DNA of 64,000 nucleotides, from the NCBI GenBank assembly GCA_943704425.1, contig CALSCP010001890.1, positions 78,468 to 142,467 on the forward strand, read 5' to 3'. Positions 15,301 to 31,931 of the stretch are shown here, in pieces (positions within the stretch are counted from its first letter, which is position 1; every line of letters begins with the position of its first letter). Below the pieces are notes generated by a model that worked only from the letters and a program-made list of their open reading frames with translations, was not told the DNA's origin and did not search any database. The stretch is from Ministeria vibrans ATCC 50519 (Eukaryota; Protista; Filasterea). The translations under genes and the position numbers were made by a program.

Positions 15301-18300
15301 TATGGGGGTGATGGCTGGACAAGATAGAAGGGCGAGACGACTGAGGTGTCGGCGGGAAGAAGTGAGGCGGGGACAGCACATGTCTCCTTGGCAGACACTG
15401 TCTCAGTGTCGCTCTCGGGAAGTGCGTTGGGTGGCACCGAGACTCGAATAGAAAGTCCCTTGACAGTAGCGCCGCCGCTGACACCAACGGAGAAGGAGAA
15501 GATGTCGGGCAAGACGGAGCAGACGGCAGTGTCACACGCGGCACCGGTAAAGCCAGAGAGGCAGGTGCACTGGTGGCCATTAAGCTGATCAATGCAGCTA
15601 CCGCCGTTGTGGCATGGCATCGAAAGACACTCGTCGACTTCGCTCGCACACGTCTCGCCAGTGTAGCCTGCGCTGCAGACACACACAAAGGTAGCGACAT
15701 CGTCCACACAGGTGGCGCCATTCAGACAGGGCGACGAGGCACACTCGTCGATATTTACTTCACACAACTCCCCTGTAAAACCCTGGGCGCACACACACGC
15801 GTGTTGGCCAAGTCGATTGTCGCACGACGCGCCATTCAAGCACGGACTGCTCGCACACTCGTTGATATCCACCTCGCATTGGTCGCCAGTGAAGCCTGCG
15901 ACACATGTACACGCAAACGCACCCACCACGCCATCATTTGAGCATGTGCCGTTGTTTTGACATGGAAACGACGCGCATTCGTCAATGTCCACGGCGCACG
16001 TGTCGCCTGTATACCCTTCAGAGCAATTACAGTGAAAATCACCTGCAACAAGTTGAGAACAGCCCGCACCATTTTGGCATGGCGACGACTGACACTCGTC
16101 AATGTCCGTCTCGCACAGCGGACCCTCAAAACCGACGGTGCACTGGCACTCAAAAGAGTTGACAAGATCGACACACACCCCGCCATTAAGACAAGAGACT
16201 GTCGCGCACTCGTCAATGTCCGTGTCACACAGGGCACCGGTGTAGCCGGCGGCACACACGCACGACACATTGGCCACGCCGTCCACGCACGAGGCACCAT
16301 TCCGACATGGCAACGACGTACACTCGTCAACATTGACATCGCATACGAGCCCCGTAAACCCCCCGTTGCAGATACACGAGAAGGTAGCGTTGGTGCCTTC
16401 GACACACTGACCGTGCACGCAGGGCGACGAGGCACACTCGAGCACGTCCACCTCGCAACGGTCACCAGTGAATCCCACAGGACATGTACAGGTGAAGGAA
16501 TTGACGCTGTGAGCGCAATCGCCACCTGCTTGGCATGGTGACGACGCACACTCGTCAACGTCCTCGTCGCACCGTACGCCTGTGTAGCCTGGTGCACAGG
16601 CGCATGTCCAGCCAACAACAGCCGAGTCAAAACAAGTTCCAGTGGTGGCACACGGCGACGATGCGCACTCGTCCGTGAGCGCCTCGCATGTGGCGCCAAA
16701 TCGCCCAGTGGTGCACGTGCACGTAAAGCCATTGGGATTATCAGTGCAGTTTCCGCCTGACTGACACGGCGATGAGACACACTCGTCAATGTCAGTCTCG
16801 CACAGCACGCCCTCAAAGCCGGGCGAACAGCTGCACGTGTAGTTGTTGATGCCGTCGACGCAAACGCCATTGGGGGTGCACGGTGACGACGCGCACTCGT
16901 TTACATTCACCTCACACAGCACGCCAGTGTATCCAGCAATACAGACGCACTCAAACGAGTTAATGCCGTCCTGGCAAACACCGCCATTCTGGCACTGCGA
17001 CGAGTTGGAACACTCGTTAATGTTAGCGGCACAGGTGGAGCCAGTGTAGCCCGCGACACAGTTACACGAGAAGACGCCTGCAGGCTCGTTGAGACACGCG
17101 CCGTTGTTCTCGCATGGTGACGAGAGGCACTCGTCAATGTCCACCGAACAGAGCGGGCCGGTGTAGCCGACGCTGCAAAGACACGCAAAGGCACCCGTGC
17201 CGTCAACACAGGTGCTGCCGTTGCGACAGGGCATCGAAGCACACTCGTCCAAGTCAATCTGGCACGCATCGCCGGTAAAGCCGCTAGTGCAAGTACAGGC
17301 AAACCCGTTGATGTTGTCAGTGCAAGTAGCGTTGTTGGCGCAAGGTGTTGAGGCGCACTTGTCGATGTTGGTCTCGCAAGTAGAGCCAGAGAAGCCACTC
17401 GCACAGGTGCAGGTGACGCCGTTGATATCGTCAACACATGTGCCATTGTTGGCACAGGGAGCTGAGGCACACTCGTCGATGTTGGTCTCGCAAGTAGAGC
17501 CAGAGAAGCCACTCGCACAGGTGCAGGTGACGCCGTTGATATCGTCAACACATGTGCCATTGTTAGCACAGGGATCTGAGGCACACTCGTCGATGTCAAC
17601 GTCGCAAAGAGTGTCGGTAAATCCCGCAGTGCAGGAGCAAGTAAAGCCATTGATGGTATCGATGCAAGAAGCATTGTTGGCACATGGAGCTGAGGCGCAT
17701 TCGTCGATGCTGACGTCGCAGTGAGGTCCAAACCAGCCGCTCGCACAAATACAGGTGAACCCATTGATGTTGTCGGTACACGTGGCATTGTTCGCACATG
17801 GCGCTGAGGCGCACTCATCGATGTTGGTCTCGCAAGTAGAGCCAGAGAAGCCACTTGCACAGGTACAGGTGACGCCATTGATGTCGTCGATACAAGTGGC
17901 ATTGTTGGCACAGGGAGCTGAGGCACACTCGTCGATGTTGGTCTCGCAAGTAGAGCCAGAGAAGCCACTCGCACAGGTGCAGGTGACGCCGTTGATATCG
18001 TCAACACATGTGCCATTGTTAGCACAGGGATCTGAGGCACACTCGTCGATGTCAACGTCGCAAAGAGTGTCGGTAAATCCCGCAGTGCAGGAGCAAGTAA
18101 AGCCATTGATGGTATCGATGCAAGAAGCATTGTTGGCACATGGAGCTGAGGCGCATTCGTCGATGCTGACGTCGCAGTGAGGTCCAAACCAGCCGCTCGC
18201 ACAAATACAGGTGAACCCATTGATGTCNNNNNNNNNNNNNNNNNNNNNNNNNNNNNNNNNNNNNNNNNNNNNNNNNNNNNNNNNNNNNNNNNNNNNNNNN

Positions 18301-19135
18301 NNNNNNNNNNNNNNNNNNNNNNNNNGATGCAAGAAGCATTGTTGGCACATGGAGCTGAGGCGCATTCGTCGATGCTGACGTCGCAGTGAGGTCCAAACCA
18401 GCCGCTCGCACAAATACAGGTGAACCCATTGATGTCGTCGATACAAGTGCCATTGTTCGCACATGGCGCTGAGGCGCACTCATCGATGTTGGTCTCGCAA
18501 GTAGAGCCAGAGAAGCCACTTGCACAGGTACAGATGACGCCATTGATATCGTCAACACATGTGCCATTGTTATCACAGGGAGCTGAGGCGCACTCGTCAA
18601 TGTTGGTCTCGCAAGTAGAGCCAGAGAAGCCACTTGCACAGGTGCAGGTGACGCCATTGATGTCGTCGATACAAGTGGCATTGTTGAGGCACGGCAATGA
18701 CGCGCATTCGTCAATGTTGGACTCGCAAAGGAGTCCAGTGTATCCCTCTTGGCAGGTACACAGGTAGCCACCAGTAGTCAAGTCGGCACATGTTGCGTTG
18801 TGGGAACAGGGTGATGAGAGACACTGCTGAACGTCAGGGGTCGGCTCAGCTGCCATTCTTGTCGTCTGCGCCACAGACGTCGCTTCAGGCACGCCTGCGT
18901 CGGTAGCAACAGTAGCAGTAGCGACAGACGTCTGGGCAGCAGCAGCAGCAGCGTCGGTTGTGCGCGGCTGCTCAACAACTGTCGAGACAGAAGTCACACA
19001 CAAGTCACTTCCGCCAATAATGAGTTCCGAGTCAAGCTCAACTTCCATCTCCGCCCCAATCCCAATGATAAGCTCGCCAAACGCCACGACGGTTCCGCCA
19101 GCGCCAGAGCCGACTGTAACCACCGCAGGCGCATC

Positions 19136-19170
<35 letters not shown>

Positions 19171-19399
19171 TTCTAAGAGTTTTCTCTCTCTCTCTCTCTC
19201 CTTCTCTTAGAACAAACGCATTGATGCTGCGTACCAACTCAAGGGTCACGTTGTCCAGCCCGCACGGAACCACGGGCGGCTGCCAGCGTGTCGCCGTGTT
19301 CCAGTTTCCGCTCATTTCCGGCTGAGCCCACGAAATGTCCAGACTGCGGACGGGCAGCGCAAACGCAAGCGCCACAACGACCACAAGTCGAGTCGACAT
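11610..19399 (-). CDS. Receptor tyrosine kinase: signal peptide, about 29 or more Ca-binding EGF repeats, 2 ZU5-like domains, TM, Tyr-rich juxtamembrane region, kinase domain
   Basis: Signal peptide MSTRLVVVVALAFALPVRS; DIDECASAPC repeats; [29 protein letters not shown]; GSGNFG, VAIK, HRDLAARN, DFG, SDVFSF, RPRF, joined over GT-AG introns; stop at 11610-11612. Confidence 0.9.
12309..12406. repeat. 14-bp minisatellite GATAGAAACAAAGT x7 next to a (GA)n tract in an RTK intron
   Basis: Counted directly; related copies near 2036-2116, 50092-50205 and 58250-58365. Confidence 0.9.
17350..18690 (-). repeat. Near-identical 114-bp EGF units with a 456-bp higher-order repeat; contains an assembly gap
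   Basis: The same DNA recurs at ~17697, ~18153 (+456) and ~18361; N-run starts at 18228. Confidence 0.85.
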
Positions 19400-19643
19400 C
19401 ACGTGTCACACAGGCGGGTTGTAAATAATAAAAATGATATTTATCGATTATATATTCATATTCGTTATCAGTTACAGTTATCATTGCGCAAATGTTGTAT
19501 GTTATGTCAGTCACTTCTCGGTCAACGACACACACATCGTCTAGCCGCCTTGAAAACGCATCCAATTTCCAAAGTCTTTCAAAGTACAAAACAAAGAGCA
19601 GCCAACTACAACTACTCGTGTGTGGGGTTGGGTTTATTTAGTA

Positions 19644-22013
19644 TTACAGACGACAGACATTGTCGCGCGTGCGAAAGTCCACCTCAATGGTCGGATGGGT
19701 ATTTTTGACCTTCTGGGGCGTGACACGCGCACGAAACGCCGTCAGATCAATCACGAGACGGTCGTCAAGGAAGCGATCAACGTTGAGCTGGGCACCACTG
19801 GTTACACCGCGACTGGTCATGACACGACCGCCACCAATGGCATTGTTGTTGTTGATGACGAGAGTCGCAGATGGGAACAGATGAAAGTCACTGTCCCACT
19901 TGTGAGTGTTGCGAAAGAGCCACTAGAAAAGCAGGGAATGGAGTTAGAGGGAAGGCGAGCAGTGTGCGAGGACGAATCAGCAGTTACCTGTTGCTCGAGC
20001 TGCATGGGATTGGACGGAGAACACACACTCATGTGCTCAAGAAGACGCTCTTTGGAGAGCATTGCGGCATCAATGTTCGACAGATACGACCAAGGGATGC
20101 CCAGACGGAATGGAACATATGCAAACCAGAAGAGCGACGACTCATCGGGTGTGCGGTGAACTGGGCTGTCGGCACCCTCGAGTGGAGTCAGAAGACGACG
20201 CGACTGGCGGACGGGGTTCGAGTAGCGCCGCTGAAGGTCAGGGTGCAGCCGCAGCTGCGTCGACTGCAAACGCGTGTCGGCGTGCATGAGACACGCCGCA
20301 CTGCGTACATTGGCACTGCGCAAAAATATCTGTCGCAAGTGGAAAAGAGAGTGAGCAAGTCAATGGGCGAATGCAGAGTCGGACGCAATTAGTATTGTAA
20401 TTCTTCACCTGTTCATCGACGTTGAGAATCACGTGGGAACTGGCACGACTGAGTATGGACCGGAAGGACTGCTCAAAGGTCCCAGCAAGATCACGCACAA
20501 GCTCGATGCGAAAAGAGCTGTGAGGCGCCAAACAGTCACGCACAAGCTCATACGCATTCGCAATGCGCTCCGAATCTGCTCGGTATTGTACCCAAACTGT
20601 CGTCAGGTGCGCCCCAATGGTATCTGTGAGACTTTCGATAAACGCAAACGTTTCCAACGGGCGATTGCGGGTGAACACAATCAGATCCACCGCAACCGCA
20701 TCAGAGGCTGTGCTGTCCCCCCCAGTCGTAGTGTTGGCCTCCATACATGCACGATACGATTCCACAATGCCCTGTTGCTCTGCTGTGAATGCACTCGCCT
20801 GCTCAGTCGAGTCGCTCGAATCCATTTGAGGTGTGCGAGGAAACTCGGCGTCGTCGTTCTCCAGCAGCATCCGCTCCTTCTCTGTAATGTCGGCTGGGAC
20901 ATTGGTGACGGGTGTGCGTGGTGGCACAAGAGGCGTTGGGTCGACGGAGGCAATGCGCGATGTCAGCTCGTCGATTGACACCTGCAAAATAATAATTATT
21001 ATTAAAGAAAGACACTCAGCAATGGCCCCCCACCACAATGTCAAAAAAAAAAAATAATAATAATACCTTTGAGATGTCTCGTTGAAGAGAAATCATAGGA
21101 AACATGCGGTAGGCAGCAAGATCGGAACGAGCAGGGGCCATGAGCAGCTCAGAGGACTCCCAACCGGGATGAACGGCACACTGTGAGGCGAACCACTCGT
21201 GCAGCGGGTGACTTGTGTCCTCGGCCGCGGGTGTTTGGGTCATCAGGTCTGCAACATTGGTCACAAGAACATCCTGTGTGCGCAGTGTAGGTAAGATGGC
21301 GCGGTGCAGTGCATGCAGACGCAACGCCGCCGGCTTGTCCTCCCAGCCAAGCCACACTAGCACGGGCTTGTGCGGCAGCCCTTGTGCCTCCCTTGGAGCG
21401 CGCCGTGCCGCCATAGCGGCTGCAAGGCGATCAGCCACCGAAATGGGCACGTCATTGATGCCATCGGGAGTCGCGTAGTAAACGCACTTGCCGTACGCGG
21501 CGCACTTGGCGATGCCACTCGACGTACTTGCGCCGTTGGAGTCAACAAAGGCGATGTGGTCAAAATGTGAAACAAGCGGCTCTTCGATCCCCTCATCGGG
21601 AAGCGTGCCAACAAAGTACACCTCGCGGACGCCCACAAGAACATTCCAAATCAATCCCTTGAAGAGAGAGAGAGAGTTTGAGAGAGTTTGAGAGAGAGAG
21701 AGAGTTTGACAGAGGAGAGAGAGGTTTGAAAACCTCATTTGCATCATTTTCGCCGTTTTACCCACACAAGGATGGACTGAGCGATTCCTGTTGGAGCCGA
21801 GTAGTCTCGATTGGCGGTGCTTCGCAGTTGGTGGCGCACAAAGCGCGCGTACTCGCCGAGACAGCCGTCGACAAGGTAACGATCAGTCGCCCATTGCTCG
21901 TCGCCAAAATCACCCTTGGCTGACGCGTCACTGTGCTGTGCCACGCACCCTAGGGGCCACACAGCAACCAGAGTTGCAAAGAACAGTAGATATGAGAGCG
22001 TAGACAATCGCAT
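19644..22013 (-). CDS. Secretory-pathway protein with a putative GT-A glycosyltransferase-like C-terminal domain, ~5 exons
   Basis: Signal peptide or anchor MRLSTLSYLLFFATLVAVW; DLIVFTRNRPLE, ILNVDE, NPMQLEQQ|W; last exon joined over a GT-AG intron at ~19923-19987. Confidence 0.6.
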
Positions 22014-22202
22014 CTTAAAAATGTGAACATTCAACATTATCTCAGTCTGTATTTCTGATTTCACACACACACACAAATGACACAATTTATATTTTCGTTT
22101 TCGGACGCCCCTCCTCGTTGAAACCCCTCTCTTGGTCTCTTTTAATCTCTTTGCGTTTGCAATTGACGCACCCGTGTACGCTTCTCATATTACTTTTTGA
22201 GA

Positions 22203-23765
22203 ATGGGACGCAACTCCAAAAAAGCGCGCTCCAAAAAAGCCAACAAAAGCAATCCTGCCACAGCCGACACGCCGCCACGAGACCACCCTGGTGTCTCCGA
22301 CGAGCCTGATTCTGACGACGATGATCTTCTGTCGGCGCAGATCTCGCCCTTTGGCCGTGCAACAGAGAATGCCGCAGGTCAACGCCGAAAACCGTTTTCT
22401 CGCTTTTTTGCTAATTTCTTCCTCGTCGTCTCTGCAGACACTCTCATGAGATGCAACGATTTCGTATGGGCTCAACAGAACCGAAGTGAACCCTTCTACC
22501 CTGCCGTGATCGTCACAGTGGACGCGAAGAGGCGCGCCTATGGCTACAAATACTTTGCATATGAGCATCGCGGAAATCAACTGTTTCGTAAGCTTGCCTC
22601 GTCTCAGCAAATCGTGCCCGACGGCTATGCTCGCCTGGATCTCATCAAGAATGGACGTGCCGCGCTCAGCGGCGATCCACTGAAGAAGGACAAGTTGGAG
22701 CAGTTCAACCAAGCGGTCAAAGAACTCGAGGATGCCTCGTACGAGCGACTCCCTAGTGCGCCGGACAGGATTCAGACCAAAGACGGAGATGAAGATGATG
22801 ACGAACACAAAGACGAAGACAACGAAGGAGATGGTGATGGTATTCCGATGACGGCAACTCAAGCAACACCCCCCGACGCAACACACAAAGTAACATCAAC
22901 GCTTCTGCGCACAGTGACAATTTCTGAAGAGACGCGGGAGCAGGTGGAGGAAGGACGGCCGCTGCAACGGCCCACACGAGTGCGAGGCAAGCCAAAGAAG
23001 CTGATAGTGTCGACGGAGGCGCACACGAAGACAGTAGAAAAGGTAGAGGAGACACGGGAGACGGTGACTACAACACGCACTAAACGGAAGAGGGCAAAAA
23101 ACGCTGAAGAAGAAGAGGAAACGCAAAAAGAGGAAACAAAAAAGACGACGAAGAGGAGGAGGATGAATAAAAAGAAGATGAAGGGCGAGTATTCGACGGC
23201 CAAAGTGGAGTGTGCGCTTTCCCATGTTCTGCCACAGGTTGTGAAAGAAATCAACAATGAAACGTTCAAGTCGCTCGAATTTCAGCAATACCGTGCAATG
23301 CGGGGGTCGAGACCTGATCGAAAGCAGCGCGATATACAGGTAAGTCTCGTTGAGAAAGAACCCCTTTTTGCTTTGTTTTTTTTATTAATTTTTGCTTTCT
23401 TATTCGCGGGTCTTTTGGGATTCAGGCGCGAATTGGCGCTTTCACATCAGACCAATACGATGGCATCGAGGCCGCTGTCAAAGAAGCCCTCAATATTAAA
23501 GATGACTTAAAATTTGCCTTAGGATCCGGGACAGACGAGTGAGTTGTCAATTTGCACAATTTTGACGCTGACAAGAGTTTGTTTTTTTTTTTGTTGTGGT
23601 GGATTTTTTGTGTGTAGCTTCTTTTATGTGACTCTTCCGGAGGTGTTGGTGCGTATTCTTATGCGTCTGCACTCGTGCGACTACCCAAGAGCCGTGCGCT
23701 ATTTGAAGGAAGGCATTCCCAACAAATCGGAGACCATGAAGGAAACCTTTGGCATGGAATCATGA
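22203..23765 (+). CDS. PWWP-domain chromatin protein, MUM1/PWWP3-like
   Basis: DFVWAQQNRSEPFYPAVIV (PWWP-like), basic NLS-like stretches, C-terminal VTLPEVLVRILMRLHSCDYPRAVRYLKEG. Confidence 0.65.
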
Positions 23766-24051
23766 AAAGAACTTCTGTACTGTATCACCCTTTCACCTTG
23801 CTTGTTGTATCATTCTCCCTCACTCGCTCACTATCTCTCCATCCCTTTGTTTCTGTCTATCACCATCTCTTCATCACCTTGTTTCTTTCTCTATCTAGTT
23901 TGTATCATTTTATTTCTTTCTCCTCCTCCCCCCTCTGTAAATCGCTTATTAAAATAATGTTTTAAAATTAGTATGATTATGTGTATAAAGTGGAAAGGAA
24001 ACCAAAAAATAAAAAGAACACACTCAGTCAGTCCTCACTTGTGTAGCTGAG

Positions 24052-27537
<3,486 letters not shown>

Positions 27538-27682
27538 ACTGCGGTTGACTCAAAAGCGAGATAGTGAGAGAATGATAAAAAAAAATGTTTTATAAGTTTA
27601 TTCAATTCAATCAAAATTTATTCAGTATGAAAAACGCAACACACTGCGGTGACACTGCGTTCAGCTTTAAGCTTTCATGTCA

Positions 27683-27780
27683 CTGCAAAGATCACTGATT
27701 TACTGTCCATTGAGCTGCAAAGATCACTGATTCACTGTCCATTGAGCTGCAAAGATCACTGATTCACTGTCCATTGAGCT
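27683..27780. repeat. 32-bp tandem repeat x3 upstream of VPS45
   Basis: CTGCAAAGATCACTGATTCACTGTCCATTGAG at 27683, 27715 and 27747 (one mismatch in the first copy), no spacers. Confidence 0.9.
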
Positions 27781-28086
27781 CACTTATTTCACTGCTCGCT
27801 GGCTTAGTCTGGCTATGTCCTTATTGTCCTGTCGTGGTGACACGTCTCATTGTTCCTTCTGAAACATTTAACTGAAACATACACTCAGATATAATATCGA
27901 CATGCAGCACTAGAGGAGTGAGCGTATCTTGTTATTCTCGTTGAGACAGATCTAGCTTCTCATGAGTCATGACAGAACGTGAATAAACCTGTATAATAAC
28001 TAATCGCTTTTTTACTTGATCTCTCTCTCTCTCTCTCCTTTCCACACCACACACACACACATCCACAAACAGTCAACTCAGATGCT

Positions 28087-29562
<1,476 letters not shown>

Positions 29563-29897
29563 GCTTTTAGAGGGTAAATTCGGTAAAAAGAATGAGTCAA
29601 TATGAGTCAATTAGTCAAAGAAAAATTCAAAGTAGTCAAAGAACGATCACAATATCACTGACTTTTCCTTATAAATAATCAACTAAATTATTACTATATA
29701 TAACTCCCTCTCGATGCTTCTGTAGCTTCGAGTGTGGTTCTGAGCTGTTTGTGTTGTCGCTTTTGTTTGTGAGTGATAATAAATTTTCCGATTCAAACAG
29801 AAAAAATTGTACCTCTTTGTACCTTTTGTTTCATCACTCTCAATACAAAAATGGTCGTCTCATTCATAATACGAAGAATCAAAACGAAAAAGTGGGA

Positions 29898-31900
29898 TTA
29901 AACGTCATTTGAACTTTGTTCGCTGGACTGAAACGACGGCGGGGCAATCATGGCGCGCGTTGAGACGCCGTCCAGCGACTCGCCAGTCATGGAGCCGTAC
30001 ATGGTGCTGACATTGGCGTGGGAGCGAGCATCGTCGCTGCGCTGGTACGACTGGGCATCGCCATCTTCTGCATCCCACGGTAGCGCAGTCAGAGGAGCGG
30101 CCGACGCAGAGGCCTCCGCATGTGCCACAGCCTCGTTCATCGACATGGGCTTGTTACGACGTTTGCGTTCGCGCGTTGCATTACCCGCTTCCATATCATC
30201 CTCGGTGGTACAGAGGGGTGGGATATAAGACTCGCTCACCGGATCAAGTGTGCCCATCATCTCACTCACTCCGTCCTGTGTGAACTGCGAGACGGGCGGA
30301 AGCGCAAGTTGAATGCGACCATAAAGCCGCAGAATTGTCAGAGCAAGCTGAAAGAAGAAGACAAGAGTGTGTGAGTGAGTAGAGGGGGGGGGAGTGATAA
30401 AGAGATGTGTGTGCGTGCGTGTGTGAGCTACCGTGGTGAGAAACGCAAGGACAACAAGAACTGTCTGCACCGCATACTGACCCAACTTGAAACCAAGAAA
30501 GAAACACATTGCACCCTATATATACACAAGAGTTAGAGACACATGATATAACTCTAATATGAAACCTGATAGACCATCACACAGACAAAGACACAGTTGA
30601 CGGCACTGCGAGTAAGACGGCCGTCAGGGGTACGCAGGGGTTGACGGGCCTGCTTGAGCAGAATGGTCTTCTCGACAAAGTACTGAACAAGAAAGTAGAG
30701 CACACCGGCAGGCACAATGAGCGGACAGGCAGTGCAAAAGACGAGGATTGCGCAGAAGATGGCACACATGGGTGCGTAGCGCTGGCCTGGGTCGCAAAGT
30801 GTATGTGTGTGAGTGAGTACATTAATATGTCGACTTTGTGGGTACCAAAGCGAGCAGTAAAGAACCGGCTTTCGCGTGCATCCTGCTTATCGCGAGGGGT
30901 CACGGCGCGACGAAGCTTGTACGTGCGCACAAGACCATCCAGGACGGGGAGGAGACGCAGGGCAGTGCCGACAAGGGCCGCAAAGAGGACAAAGTTGACA
31001 AAGATGGCTCCATTGTTAGGCAGGAACACACATTGGATGCGCGAGACGGCATTGTGTTGTGAATGGAAGATGACCTGCACAATCGCATCGGCCGACGTGA
31101 GCATCAGCGACGGAAGAATCTACGCATCATGATGAGTGTGAGAAACAAGAAGGAGGGGTGAGTGATCCCGTACGACTGTGGACAGAATGGCATAGGCAAA
31201 TGACTTGCGGACAACACTGATTTCGCGTTGGGAGATGGTGGAATGTTTCTCCCAGTAGGCAGTGGTGTTGACGAGGACAGGCATGAGGATAGTAATCGTG
31301 TACAGGAGAATGGTCGGCTGAGGGAGAAAAAGTGACAAAGTTCAGAAGATGAGGAATTGTTGTGAGTTGAAAGGAGGAGAAGGTGACACGAATACTGCGT
31401 AAGGCAAAAAAAAAAGTGTGTGTGTGCGTGTGCGTGTCGTGTGTGAGTGGTTACAATGACTGTCGTGAGGAGGGCACTACGGTTGATGACATCACTGGTG
31501 TGGAAGGTCTGATTGTCAATCTGCTCAAGAGTCGACAGGACAGACATGGGAGTGGTCCAGAAGAGCAGGAGCGCTACAAAGCCAATGTTGACCAAGAGCG
31601 CACGCACGGTGCGTTCCCGCCGGGGAATTGCGATCACGTCCCATTGGATGTCGTTGGACTCGGGTGCGATCTTCATTTGCCACAGATTCACCTGAAAACA
31701 GATAGAAATGAATGAGTGCAATGAGAGGAGAGGTAGAACAGGAGTTGAAGTGAGAGGAAAGAGAAAACTTGGAATATCACAAAGAGCATACACATCATAT
31801 ATGCACAGAAAAGAAAATAGGTGTAAAGAGAGTGATATATAGACGCTGTTACAAGCGGGCAAACAGAGACGAGCATGCAGTGAGAGACAGACAGACACAG

Positions 31901-31931
<31 letters not shown>

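Noticed and set aside
18228-18325. Frameshift or pseudogenisation of the EGF RTK
   Set aside because: The frame change coincides with an N-gap of arbitrary length
14337-19399. Notch orthologue
   Set aside because: No LNR, NOD or ankyrin repeats; the intracellular part is a tyrosine kinase
19620-20159. Plus-strand 179-aa ORF as a gene
   Set aside because: Antisense shadow of the last exons of the minus-strand GT-like gene
27683-27780. 32-bp repeats as a CRISPR array
   Set aside because: Head-to-tail copies with no spacers, no cas genes, and a eukaryotic context
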